From positions 182,869 through 246,868 of the forward strand of contig CAZXWN010000001.1 of assembly GCA_964644695.1 (NCBI GenBank): a stretch of DNA of 64,000 nucleotides, read 5' to 3'. The notes below the pieces were generated by a model, which saw only the letters and a list, made by a program, of their open reading frames with translations, had not been told where the DNA came from and did not search any database. Made by a program: the position numbers and the translations under genes. The DNA comes from an uncultured bacterium (GTDB taxonomy: Bacteria; UBP4; UBA4092). This document shows, piece by piece, positions 28,537-37,470 of the stretch; positions within the stretch are counted from its first letter, which is position 1, and every line of letters starts with the position of its first letter.

Positions 28537-28566
28537 ACATCGAACAAGATCGATCTTGTTCGATGT
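28537..28566. repeat. Dispersed palindrome copy 2 (30 bp, perfect)
   Basis: ACATCGAACAAGATCGATCTTGTTCGATGT between divergent dnaE and TPR gene. Confidence 0.95.
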
Positions 28567-28570
28567 GTGG

Positions 28571-28616
28571 ACACTATCAATAGTGTTTGACAAAAATAAG
28601 GATTCACCGATAACAT
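28571..28616 (+). promoter_or_regulatory. Operator-like palindrome abutting a -35 element
   Basis: ACACTAT-CA-ATAGTGT (28571-28586), then TTGACA (28587-28592)-N18-TAACAT. Confidence 0.4.
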
Positions 28617-28644
28617 ATATATTCTCTAGAACGATTATTACTAT

Positions 28645-28896
28645 ATGAAAAATATCAAAAATAATAATACCGTACTTAATGGAGAGCCTCTTGGGCTTAG
28701 CGTAAAACAAAATGCTAAGTTGGAAAAGGCATTGTTGTTAATTGAAAAAGCATTAAAAAAAGATCCTCAAGATGCAGAGGCCTGGTTTCATAAGGGATTA
28801 TGCCTTGATAAATTAGGTAGGAATCAAGAAGCCTCTGAATGTTTTAAAAAAGCTAACCAATATACCCTGCAAACTACTTTCGACTTCTACGAATAG
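28645..28896 (+). CDS. Small TPR protein
   Basis: ALKKDPQDAEAWFHKGLCLDKLGRNQEASECFKKA TPR motif. Confidence 0.75.
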   Translation: MKNIKNNNTVLNGEPLGLSVKQNAKLEKALLLIEKALKKDPQDAEAWFHKGLCLDKLGRNQEASECFKKANQYTLQTTFDFYE

Positions 28897-28950
28897 TCCC
28901 TTTTATTTCTTTAACTGATTTCTGGGTATTAATATCTAACTGTTTTATTA

Positions 28951-31900
28951 TCAATCGTCTTTGAGTTTCCTAAGCAACGTTTCCAGTTGAGATACAGGAT
29001 CTTTCTTGGCGGGTTGCGTTCGGATTAATATCAGTTGATCTGCCGCCGTTTGTCTGAGTTCCACACCTTTTAATGAGGATAATGCCTTTATCGCTTTATG
29101 GGGCACCTTATCGGTCCATGTGAAAGATACTCGGTCTGAAGCGATTTTGATATGGATGATATTCATTTGAGCTGCTTGAACTCTGACGCGGACCAATCTA
29201 ATCAAATTGGATGTTTCTTCAGGTAAGGCACCAAATCTATCTATGAGTTCACTTTCTATCTGTTCGATATCAACAATATCTTTTGTGGTGGCCAATTTAC
29301 GATAAATAGTGAATTTTTGTTTTTCATCGGGGATATATTCGGATGGAATAAGGGTTTTGACTGGAACCTCGATCCGGGTTTCAGGATTTTCATAAATAAC
29401 ATCACCCTTCATTTCAGAAATGGCCTCTTCGACCATTTTGCAATAGAGGTCAAATCCGATTGCTTCCATGTGACCACTTTGGTCTTTGCCTAAAAGATTG
29501 CCCATTCCTCTGATTTCCAAGTCTCGCATTGCAATTCTATAGCCAGATCCAAGGTCCGTGAACTCCTGTAACGCTCTTAATCTCCTTGTAGCAATGCTTG
29601 TGAGACCCGTTGTGGCTGGAACGAGCAAATAGGCGTATGCCTGGTGTCGGTCTCGTCCCACTCTTCCACGTAATTGATACAATTGCGACAAACCAAGGGC
29701 ATCTGCCCTGTCAATAATTATCGTGTTACAGTTGGGAATATCAATGCCATTTTCAACAATCGTCGTTGAAAGCAAGACATCATATCGACGAGAAATAAAA
29801 TCCAACATGATTTTCTCAAGTTCTTTTTCCTGCATCTGCCCGTGCGCAACGGCAACTCTGGCTTGAGGTACAATTTCCTGTACTTTATCAGCCATTCGAT
29901 AAATAGACTGAACACGATTGTGAATAAAGAATACTTGTCCGTTCCTGTTCATCTCACGCAAGATGGCTTCTTTGATGACTTTTGGTTCAAACCTGTGAAC
30001 GAAGGTCTGTATGGGTAATCTATCTTCAGGGGGCGTATTGATCAGGCTCATATCCCGAATACCGGTTAGTGACATATAAAGTGTTCGGGGAATGGGGGTG
30101 GCACTCAAGGTCAAAACATCCACTTCTTTTTTTATCTGTTTTAGCCGTTCTTTGTGGGCTACACCGAAGCGTTGCTCCTCATCAACGATTAATAGTCCCA
30201 GATTTTTAAATTTCAGGTCTTTGGACAAAATTCGATGAGTTCCAATGACAATATCTACAGAACCTGCTGTAACGCCTTCAAGTGTTCTTTTAATATCTTG
30301 GGGGGACCGAAATCTTGATAACATTTCAACACTGATCGGGTATTCAGCTAGTCGTTCGCTAAAGGTGTACCAATGCTGCTCTGCCAATAAAGTAGTGGGT
30401 ACCAGTATCGCGACTTGTTTTTTATTCATGACAGCTTTGAAAGCGGCTCGGATCGCTACTTCCGTTTTGCCAAATCCAACATCTCCACAGAGCAGACGGT
30501 CCATGGGTCGAGTAGATTCCATATCTGATTTAACATCTTCGATGGCTTTTAATTGGTCAGGAGTTTCCTCATACAGAAAACTGGTCTCAAATTCCTTCTG
30601 CCAGATTGTATCTGCAGGATAAGACACTCCCTGAACCATTTGACGGGCACCATAAAGTTCCAGTAATTCTTTAGCCATCTTCTGAATGGATTCTTTGGCC
30701 TTCGTCTTGGACTTCTGCCAAGATTTATCACCCAGAGTGTTTAATTTTGGATGGGCTTCTTCACCCGCGACATACTTTTGGATCATGTGGATTTGAGTGA
30801 CAGGAACATACAATCGGTTAGTGTCTGCATATTCCAATATCAGGAAGTCGCCCACAGTTCCATCAATATCCATTTGTTTCAGTCCCTGAAACCGGCCAAT
30901 TCCATAGTCAATATGGACAATCACATCTCCTGGAGACAGTTCCATTACATCACTGATTGGAACACCCTCACGGAATCTGCGGAAATGGCGCACTCGGGAA
31001 TATCGTGTAAATATCTCACGATCTGTCAATATGGCTAATTTTAGGTCCGAAGAAATAAAGCCCGCAGATAAATCGGTTATCTCCAAGCTGATTGGATATG
31101 TTTGTTGCCCTGATTGTAAATGAACAAATTCTTCTGGGAATACTTCTTTTTCATGCAGTAATTCACTGAATCTATCTTTTTGTCCCGAATTATCACAACC
31201 TAACAGAACCAGATACCCTTCAGATTGCCATGTTTTGATGTTTTCAATGAGTCGATCAAATTGACCCTTATAAGACTCTACAGTCCGAGTTGGGATATCT
31301 TTTTGAAAGATATTATCTGGATTCGATTTTATGGGGGTTGGATTTTGAAGAAGAGAAAACTGGATGATATTTCGTGACCCAGATTCCTTAATAAAATTAT
31401 CAAGTGATAGAGTCAATTGAGAAGGTTGAATATTTTCTTTCTTGTCTTTTCCAAGGCCTTGATACCGTTCCTCAAAAAGGTTGATTTGTTCCGCTTGTTT
31501 TTCTTGAATTAAGAGTGCTTCATCTAAAACAATGAATGACTGTTTGGGAAGGTAATCAGCGAGGGATACCAGAGGCAAGTTTTGAGATAGTGAATAGCCG
31601 ATAAGCTCACTCTCACTGGCTGGGTAGATGACTATTTTTTCTATTTCCTCTTTTGATCTTTGATTGCTGACTCTGAATGTCCGAATTGATTCAAGTGTAT
31701 TACCAAAGAACTCCATCCGAACCGGGTCAGAGGATGTAATATTAAATACATCAAGAATTCCACCTCGAACAGCAAACTGTCCTCTCTGTTCAACTAAAGG
31801 AACGCGCTCATATCCACCTTTGGCTAGTTTGAGGGTTAATTCATCCATGGAATAATCGTTACCGAATTCCAAAGTTATTGTCATCGCATCAAAGAGAGAT

Positions 31901-32316
31901 AGAGGAAATGTCTTTTCAGTTAACTCTCTGATTGAGATTACGACAATGGGTGGATTTTGAGTGGGATGAAGTGAATACTCATGTAATTGCTGAAGTACAT
32001 AGATACGTTCTGCTGTTAACTCAACCAGTGGTTCCATGTCTTCATAAGGAAGTATCTCTTTGCCTGGATAATGTAAAACATCCTGACCTGAAAAGCTTTT
32101 TAGGTCACTGGCAAATGAATAAGCTGTTTCGTCATCTCCGGTAATAACAAATAAAGCATTGGGATAAAGATGATAAAAAGAAGATAATACAAAGCTTTTA
32201 GCCGAGCCCGAAAGTCCGGTGAGAATAATTTCCTGATTCGTCTTTTGCAATGTTTGTGTCAGAATCTCAAAATTCGGAATCTGATGAATCCATTGTGTGA
32301 GTTCATGCAGTTTCAT
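28951..32316 (-). CDS. mfd: Transcription-repair coupling factor
   Basis: UvrB-like N-terminus, CarD/RID (VHIDYGIGRF), GDVGFGKTEVA, DEEQRFGV, QLRGRVGR, TRCF C-terminus. Confidence 0.98.
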   Translation of the reverse strand: MKLHELTQWIHQIPNFEILTQTLQKTNQEIILTGLSGSAKSFVLSSFYHLYPNALFVITGDDETAYSFASDLKSFSGQDVLHYPGKEILPYEDMEPLVELTAERIYVLQQLHEYSLHPTQNPPIVVISIRELTEKTFPLSLFDAMTITLEFGNDYSMDELTLKLAKGGYERVPLVEQRGQFAVRGGILDVFNITSSDPVRMEFFGNTLESIRTFRVSNQRSKEEIEKIVIYPASESELIGYSLSQNLPLVSLADYLPKQSFIVLDEALLIQEKQAEQINLFEERYQGLGKDKKENIQPSQLTLSLDNFIKESGSRNIIQFSLLQNPTPIKSNPDNIFQKDIPTRTVESYKGQFDRLIENIKTWQSEGYLVLLGCDNSGQKDRFSELLHEKEVFPEEFVHLQSGQQTYPISLEITDLSAGFISSDLKLAILTDREIFTRYSRVRHFRRFREGVPISDVMELSPGDVIVHIDYGIGRFQGLKQMDIDGTVGDFLILEYADTNRLYVPVTQIHMIQKYVAGEEAHPKLNTLGDKSWQKSKTKAKESIQKMAKELLELYGARQMVQGVSYPADTIWQKEFETSFLYEETPDQLKAIEDVKSDMESTRPMDRLLCGDVGFGKTEVAIRAAFKAVMNKKQVAILVPTTLLAEQHWYTFSERLAEYPISVEMLSRFRSPQDIKRTLEGVTAGSVDIVIGTHRILSKDLKFKNLGLLIVDEEQRFGVAHKERLKQIKKEVDVLTLSATPIPRTLYMSLTGIRDMSLINTPPEDRLPIQTFVHRFEPKVIKEAILREMNRNGQVFFIHNRVQSIYRMADKVQEIVPQARVAVAHGQMQEKELEKIMLDFISRRYDVLLSTTIVENGIDIPNCNTIIIDRADALGLSQLYQLRGRVGRDRHQAYAYLLVPATTGLTSIATRRLRALQEFTDLGSGYRIAMRDLEIRGMGNLLGKDQSGHMEAIGFDLYCKMVEEAISEMKGDVIYENPETRIEVPVKTLIPSEYIPDEKQKFTIYRKLATTKDIVDIEQIESELIDRFGALPEETSNLIRLVRVRVQAAQMNIIHIKIASDRVSFTWTDKVPHKAIKALSSLKGVELRQTAADQLILIRTQPAKKDPVSQLETLLRKLKDD

Positions 32317-32321
32317 GATGA

Positions 32322-32924
32322 TTATTTAATAATGACTTTTCGGCCATCCAATGTAATACGATCATTAGCGAAAAGGCCTATAACATAAGGATAAAGCTGA
32401 TGTTCTTCTTGGTGTATTTTGGATTCAAGAGATTCCAATGTATCATCTTGATTGATTGAAACAACAGACTGGGCGATGATGGGGCCAGAATCGACACCTT
32501 CATCTACTATGTGAACTGTAACTCCCGTGTATTTTACTCCATAATTAAAGGCATCTTGAATGCCATGAGCACCTGGGAAGGATGGTAGTAAGGCAGGATG
32601 TATATTTAGTATTCGGTTTTGATATTCATGAATGATCCACGGTGTCAAAATCCGCATATAGCCAGCCATTACAATTAGGTCGACATGATGTTCTTTAAGG
32701 ATACTTACAATAGCTTTTTCATGGTCTTCACGTGTTGAATATTCTTTGGGGTTCACAAAATACGAAGGTATTCCATGTTTCTTTGCTCTCTCAAGGCCAT
32801 ACGCTGTTTCCTTATTACTGATGACACAACTAATTTCAACAGGCAAAGATCCTTTTTCTTTTTGATCAATAATTGCCTGCAGATTAGAACCACTTCCTGA
32901 AATGAGTACACCAATTGTCAGCAT
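32322..32924 (-). CDS. purN: Phosphoribosylglycinamide formyltransferase
   Basis: SGSGSNLQA, AGYMRIL, NIHPALLP, GVTVH, DSGPII. Confidence 0.97.
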   Translation of the reverse strand: MLTIGVLISGSGSNLQAIIDQKEKGSLPVEISCVISNKETAYGLERAKKHGIPSYFVNPKEYSTREDHEKAIVSILKEHHVDLIVMAGYMRILTPWIIHEYQNRILNIHPALLPSFPGAHGIQDAFNYGVKYTGVTVHIVDEGVDSGPIIAQSVVSINQDDTLESLESKIHQEEHQLYPYVIGLFANDRITLDGRKVIIK

Positions 32925-32927
32925 GGA

Positions 32928-33692
32928 TTAGCTCCGGGTAGGGATGTTCTGGTAATAAATCTTCATCAGGGTAAGACCATGAGCCGGTACTGTAGGCCCC
33001 GCTAATTGTCTGTTCCGGGATTCCAAAATGTCTTTAACCTGTCTAGGTGATATTTTACCACGCCCCACATCAATAAGGGTTCCCACTATAGACCTGACCA
33101 TGTGATGTAGAAACGCATTCGCTTCAATATCAATTATTAAAAACTCATTCGTTTCATTTATTTCAAATCTGTGGATTGTTCTGACTGAATGAGGCGTTAA
33201 TTCTGGACTCGCATTATAAGCAACAAAATCATGTGTGCCGCAGAACAAGGTTGCCGCTGATTTTATATCTTCAACTTTTAAATCCCAAGGGTAATGCCAG
33301 GAATATTTTCCCTCAAATACTTTTGGTGCTTTCGTTCTCAAAATATGATAGCGGTACCATCGGGATGTTGCACTAAAGCGGGAGTGAAAGTCTTCGGTTA
33401 CTTCATCAACAGAGATAATACTTATATCAGGATAAACTTGGCTGTTAATACCCCTCTGCAAGTTATAAACAGGGATGGTACTTGTGGTATGAAAGTTAGC
33501 GACTTGCCCCCGCGCATGTACCCCAGTATCAGTCCTTCCTCCACAAATTAGTTTTATGGGTTGATTTACTATTTTGCTGACTGCTACTGTTAAGGTTCCC
33601 TGAATAGTCCTCCCCTGTGGTTGTATCTGCCAACCACAAAACGCCGAACCATCGTATTCGATGACTAATTTAAGGTTTCTTGGATTCATCAT
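32928..33692 (-). CDS. truA: tRNA pseudouridine(38-40) synthase
   Basis: YDGSAFCGWQ, GRTDTGVHA, FHSRF, FLHHMVR, GPTVPAHGL; start placed at ATG 33692 (MMNPRNLKL). Confidence 0.95.
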   Translation of the reverse strand: MMNPRNLKLVIEYDGSAFCGWQIQPQGRTIQGTLTVAVSKIVNQPIKLICGGRTDTGVHARGQVANFHTTSTIPVYNLQRGINSQVYPDISIISVDEVTEDFHSRFSATSRWYRYHILRTKAPKVFEGKYSWHYPWDLKVEDIKSAATLFCGTHDFVAYNASPELTPHSVRTIHRFEINETNEFLIIDIEANAFLHHMVRSIVGTLIDVGRGKISPRQVKDILESRNRQLAGPTVPAHGLTLMKIYYQNIPTRS

Positions 33693-35238
33693 GATTCTTA
33701 TATGACTTATTGAAATATTGGACACTGAAAGGTGTCTTATCGTCTGGGGGCACATAACGGATATCTGACTGATGGATCCAAAACTCATTTACATCAATCA
33801 GGGGAATGATAGGTAATTGTTTCTTAAGAATACTTAGTATTTTACTCATCTGATTTGCTTGTTTTAATGCGTCGTTTTGTTGTATGTAGTCTTTTAGTAA
33901 TGATGTGAATTCTGAATTGTAAAAACCAGTTATATTTCCTGAATGGCCACGGTTAGGTTCAATAAAGTATTCATAAAGTGTTATTTCGGGGAGTACATGC
34001 GATGTGGAACCTGCGACTAAAGCAATATCATAATTACCTGTTCGTATTTGCTTGTGAAAATTGTTATATGAGGTGGTTTTTAATATTAAGGTAATATTAT
34101 GTTGCTTAGCAGAAGCAATAATGTGGTGAGCAATATTTATATAGAGACTATTTGTATCTGGTACTAGTAAGGTGATTTCTTTGTTGTTCCAATTTCCATT
34201 AGTAGTAACAGATGAGTCCTTTGCACTCGTAATATTAAAATCATTTGTGAATGGATAGTTTATCGGGAAATATGTAAGAAGGGTACCATGTCCATTTAAA
34301 AGCATTGTAACTAAATCAGTTTTTGATATGGATGTGGATAATGCTTGTCTAAAATGGACAGAATTAACAATTGGACGATTTAAGTTAAATGCTAAAAACA
34401 AGGTGTAGACTGACTTGTTTTCAATAGTTTGATGGGCCCATTGTGGTTCTAATATAAGCCGTACAAACTCTGATTCCGGAATAATTGTACTGTCGAAATG
34501 TCCCGTTTCAAAGTCTAATATCCGATTTTCATCTGGTAGCGATGATTCAAAGATTATGGATCTTGTTACTGAATCCCTGGAGTTGAAATATGGGTTGGTT
34601 GTTAATGCGAACGCTTTTGTAGATGAAGATTTCTGCACTATCCAAGGGCCAGTCCCAGAAATAATGTTATCTGAAGATCGTGAGAATATAGATAATTCAG
34701 GAAGTGAGAGGTATTCAAGAAACCTTGGTATTGGCTTCGTAAGTTGAAAAACCAAGGTGCTTTCATTGGAGATTATTAATCCAGAGATGATATTTGTTTT
34801 TTTTGAGTAAAAATCCTGGTAGCCACTACAATTTTCAAATATCCATTTTTTAGGAGATGCTGGGGAATTGGTTAAGCCTTCATAAAATGAAGATACTATG
34901 GACTCTGCTGTAACAGGCTTTCCATTTGAGAAAAACAAACTCGGTTTAATTGAAACGGTATATGTAGAAAAAGTAGAATTTACAGACCATGATTCCGCAA
35001 TGTTACCTGTTAGCTCTCTGTTTTTGTTTAGGTTGAATAATGATTGATATACCAGAGGAATGAGTTGTTTATCTTGATATGAATGTGATTCGTATGGTAC
35101 CCAGGATGAAGGTGATTTATCTATGGGCAAGATAATTGTATGTTGGCGTTCGTTGGATAACTCAACAGCGAAAACATGAATAGAACAGAAGAATAAAATA
35201 AACAAATATATTGGTATAAGATTGTAGCTTTTATGCAT
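33670..35238 (-). CDS. ABC-type peptide/nickel solute-binding protein (family 5)
   Basis: Signal peptide; LVYQSL, AESW, FSNGKPVTAE, GTGPW, FRQAL. Confidence 0.8.
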   Translation of the reverse strand: MHKSYNLIPIYLFILFFCSIHVFAVELSNERQHTIILPIDKSPSSWVPYESHSYQDKQLIPLVYQSLFNLNKNRELTGNIAESWSVNSTFSTYTVSIKPSLFFSNGKPVTAESIVSSFYEGLTNSPASPKKWIFENCSGYQDFYSKKTNIISGLIISNESTLVFQLTKPIPRFLEYLSLPELSIFSRSSDNIISGTGPWIVQKSSSTKAFALTTNPYFNSRDSVTRSIIFESSLPDENRILDFETGHFDSTIIPESEFVRLILEPQWAHQTIENKSVYTLFLAFNLNRPIVNSVHFRQALSTSISKTDLVTMLLNGHGTLLTYFPINYPFTNDFNITSAKDSSVTTNGNWNNKEITLLVPDTNSLYINIAHHIIASAKQHNITLILKTTSYNNFHKQIRTGNYDIALVAGSTSHVLPEITLYEYFIEPNRGHSGNITGFYNSEFTSLLKDYIQQNDALKQANQMSKILSILKKQLPIIPLIDVNEFWIHQSDIRYVPPDDKTPFSVQYFNKSYKNHDESKKP

Positions 35239-35267
35239 GAGTTAATTATAGCAAGGTGTTGAAATAA

Positions 35268-36986
35268 CTAATTGGATTCTTCAAGTAATTTGCGTGCAAA
35301 ATCCATTGCTGATATATCAGAGTTACCCCGCCCAATCATTCGAGCAATCTCCGAAACACGTTCTTCATAATCTAAGAGTTTGATTTGAGTTTCTGTTCTG
35401 TTATTGGTCAGAATTTTACTGACTTGATACTGATGATCAGCCTGAGCAGCAATGGTTGGCAAGTGTGTTATTGCAAATAACTGTCTTTGTTGTGAAATAT
35501 GGTGTAGTTTATTCGCTACAACGGTGGCTGTTGCGCCTCCAATTCCTACATCAATTTCGTCAAACACTAGAGTAGGGATAGCATCCGATTCAGCAAAAAC
35601 AGTTTTCAATGCCAACATAAGTCGGGATAACTCACCCCCAGAGATTACTCTAGCCAGTGGTTTAACCGGTTCTCCTGCGTTTGCCGAAAACCAGAATACA
35701 ACATCATCCCATCCCGTTCCCGAAAGATCATAATGATTGCCTTGATATGTAATCCACCCACTTTCAGTAATGCGAGGAGACACTTCAATAGAGAATTGGG
35801 CATATGGCATTCCTAATTCAGACAATTCATGTTGTATGGATTGTGACAGTTTTTTAGCTGCTTTACTCCGATGGTGCGAGAGCTTGCATGCTTTCTCAGA
35901 TAGCTCACTTGTAATAACTTGAAACTCAGAATTTAGTTCATTTAGCCGATCTTCTTGATTATCCAATCCATTTAATTCAGCTTTCCATGCTTCCAGCTGG
36001 TCCAATAAATCATCTTGGGTATTGCAATTATACTTTCTTTTAAGCCGATGAATTAAATCAAGGCGCTGCTCCACTTCTTCGATTTTAGTAGGTTCCAGGT
36101 CTCCCTCTTTAACGTACTGCATTAAGTCGAGAGCCATTTGTGAAAGGCCACTATTAGCTTGCTCAAGTATGTCAATATGATTTGACCATATTGGGTCAAT
36201 CTTATTTAATTCGGATATATCATGAATGATTCGATTTAATGAGGTCAGAACACCTGGATAGTTACTATCTTCACTGCCATTTAAGTGTTGGAGTGAAGCA
36301 TTGGTCAATTGAATAATGTTTTCAGCATTTCGCAATGTATTACGAATCTGGACGAGATGTGTTTCTTCACCAATTTGCAGGTTGGCTGATGAAAGCTCCT
36401 CAACTTGATAATGCAACTGTTCTTTTCGTGCTTTTTTCAAAGAATCGGATTCTTTTAGTCGTTTTATTTCAGATTGAATGTCTTTAGCTTTTCGGACACC
36501 TTTTTCAAGAGTGGTGATTAAATCGCCTAATTGAGCATATCGGTCTAAAATTTCCATTTGACGAAAGGGTTGGAGCAGGGATTGGTGTTCATGCTGTCCA
36601 TGAAGATCAACCAATTCGTTCCCCACCTGTTGAAGCGTTCCCAAGGTGGCTAATTGTCCATTAATCCAACAGCGATTTTTCCCATTTCGAGAAATTTCTC
36701 TACGTATCAAAAGTTCATTAGTATCAAGTTCATATCCAAGGTCTTCAAGGATTGATAAAAGATGGGGTGAGGATGGGATTTCAAAAACAGCCTCAACACG
36801 ACAGGTGTCGGTACCCGTTCGGATAATGGATGAATCGGCTCGATCACCTAATATCTGTCCCAAGGCTTCCAATAAAATTGATTTTCCAGCACCTGTTTCC
36901 CCTGTTAAAACAGAGAAACCCTTATTGAAGATCAAATGCAATTCATCAATTAGTGCAAAATTAGTAATGTGAAGTTCAAGCAGCAT
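35268..36986 (-). CDS. recN: DNA repair protein RecN
   Basis: TGETGAGKS, HGQHEHQ, coiled coil, SGGELSR, FDEIDVGIGG, ITHLP. Confidence 0.97.
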   Translation of the reverse strand: MLLELHITNFALIDELHLIFNKGFSVLTGETGAGKSILLEALGQILGDRADSSIIRTGTDTCRVEAVFEIPSSPHLLSILEDLGYELDTNELLIRREISRNGKNRCWINGQLATLGTLQQVGNELVDLHGQHEHQSLLQPFRQMEILDRYAQLGDLITTLEKGVRKAKDIQSEIKRLKESDSLKKARKEQLHYQVEELSSANLQIGEETHLVQIRNTLRNAENIIQLTNASLQHLNGSEDSNYPGVLTSLNRIIHDISELNKIDPIWSNHIDILEQANSGLSQMALDLMQYVKEGDLEPTKIEEVEQRLDLIHRLKRKYNCNTQDDLLDQLEAWKAELNGLDNQEDRLNELNSEFQVITSELSEKACKLSHHRSKAAKKLSQSIQHELSELGMPYAQFSIEVSPRITESGWITYQGNHYDLSGTGWDDVVFWFSANAGEPVKPLARVISGGELSRLMLALKTVFAESDAIPTLVFDEIDVGIGGATATVVANKLHHISQQRQLFAITHLPTIAAQADHQYQVSKILTNNRTETQIKLLDYEERVSEIARMIGRGNSDISAMDFARKLLEESN

Positions 36987-36989
36987 AGA

Positions 36990-37469
36990 TTAACTAAGTG
37001 TGTCCGTTATATTTTTAAGTATATCGGAGAAGTTACTGACAATGCTATTAGAACGAATCGGTTCTGAAATCATTGGAAACATGAAACCCAGGCAATCCGG
37101 CGAGAGTAACAATAAAATTGCGCTGATATAGAATACTCCCTTCATAGCGCCAAACCCAAGGCCTCCCACCTGTCGAATAACTGGATATAGTGAGGGATTG
37201 TATAAACTTTTCATGGCATAACGATGCAGATAAAGTGTGGTCAACCGGACGAGAATAAATATCAATGCCATGCTGAATGCAAGCGTAATAGGATTCATTC
37301 CAACACCAATTGACATCATAAGGGTAGGACTAAGACCATAGGCTAACATCCCGCATACAAGAGCGGATGTTGCATCAAACATCTCCGCCAATGCACCATT
37401 TTGTGAGCCACGCCAGCCGAAATAGAGGATAGCGACTGCAATATCAAAGATATATATGAATTCCAGCAT
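36990..37469 (-). CDS. CvpA (colicin V production) family membrane protein
   Basis: D...G.R.G...E N-terminal pattern, GGLGFGAMKG, four TMs. Confidence 0.6.
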   Translation of the reverse strand: MLEFIYIFDIAVAILYFGWRGSQNGALAEMFDATSALVCGMLAYGLSPTLMMSIGVGMNPITLAFSMALIFILVRLTTLYLHRYAMKSLYNPSLYPVIRQVGGLGFGAMKGVFYISAILLLLSPDCLGFMFPMISEPIRSNSIVSNFSDILKNITDTLS

Positions 37470-37470
37470 A

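Noticed and set aside
28537-28566. Palindrome as a Gram-positive LexA (CGAAC-N4-GTTCG) box
   Set aside because: The half-sites match but the spacer is 12 nt, and copy 1 lies between convergent 3' ends
28453-28710. 85-aa minus-strand ORF spanning palindrome copy 2
   Set aside because: No recognisable motifs; it overlaps the TPR gene and promoter elements; probably spurious
33693-33788. Long N-terminal extension of truA given in the ORF track
   Set aside because: It overlaps the SBP gene; TruA homology starts at MMNPRNLKL (33692)
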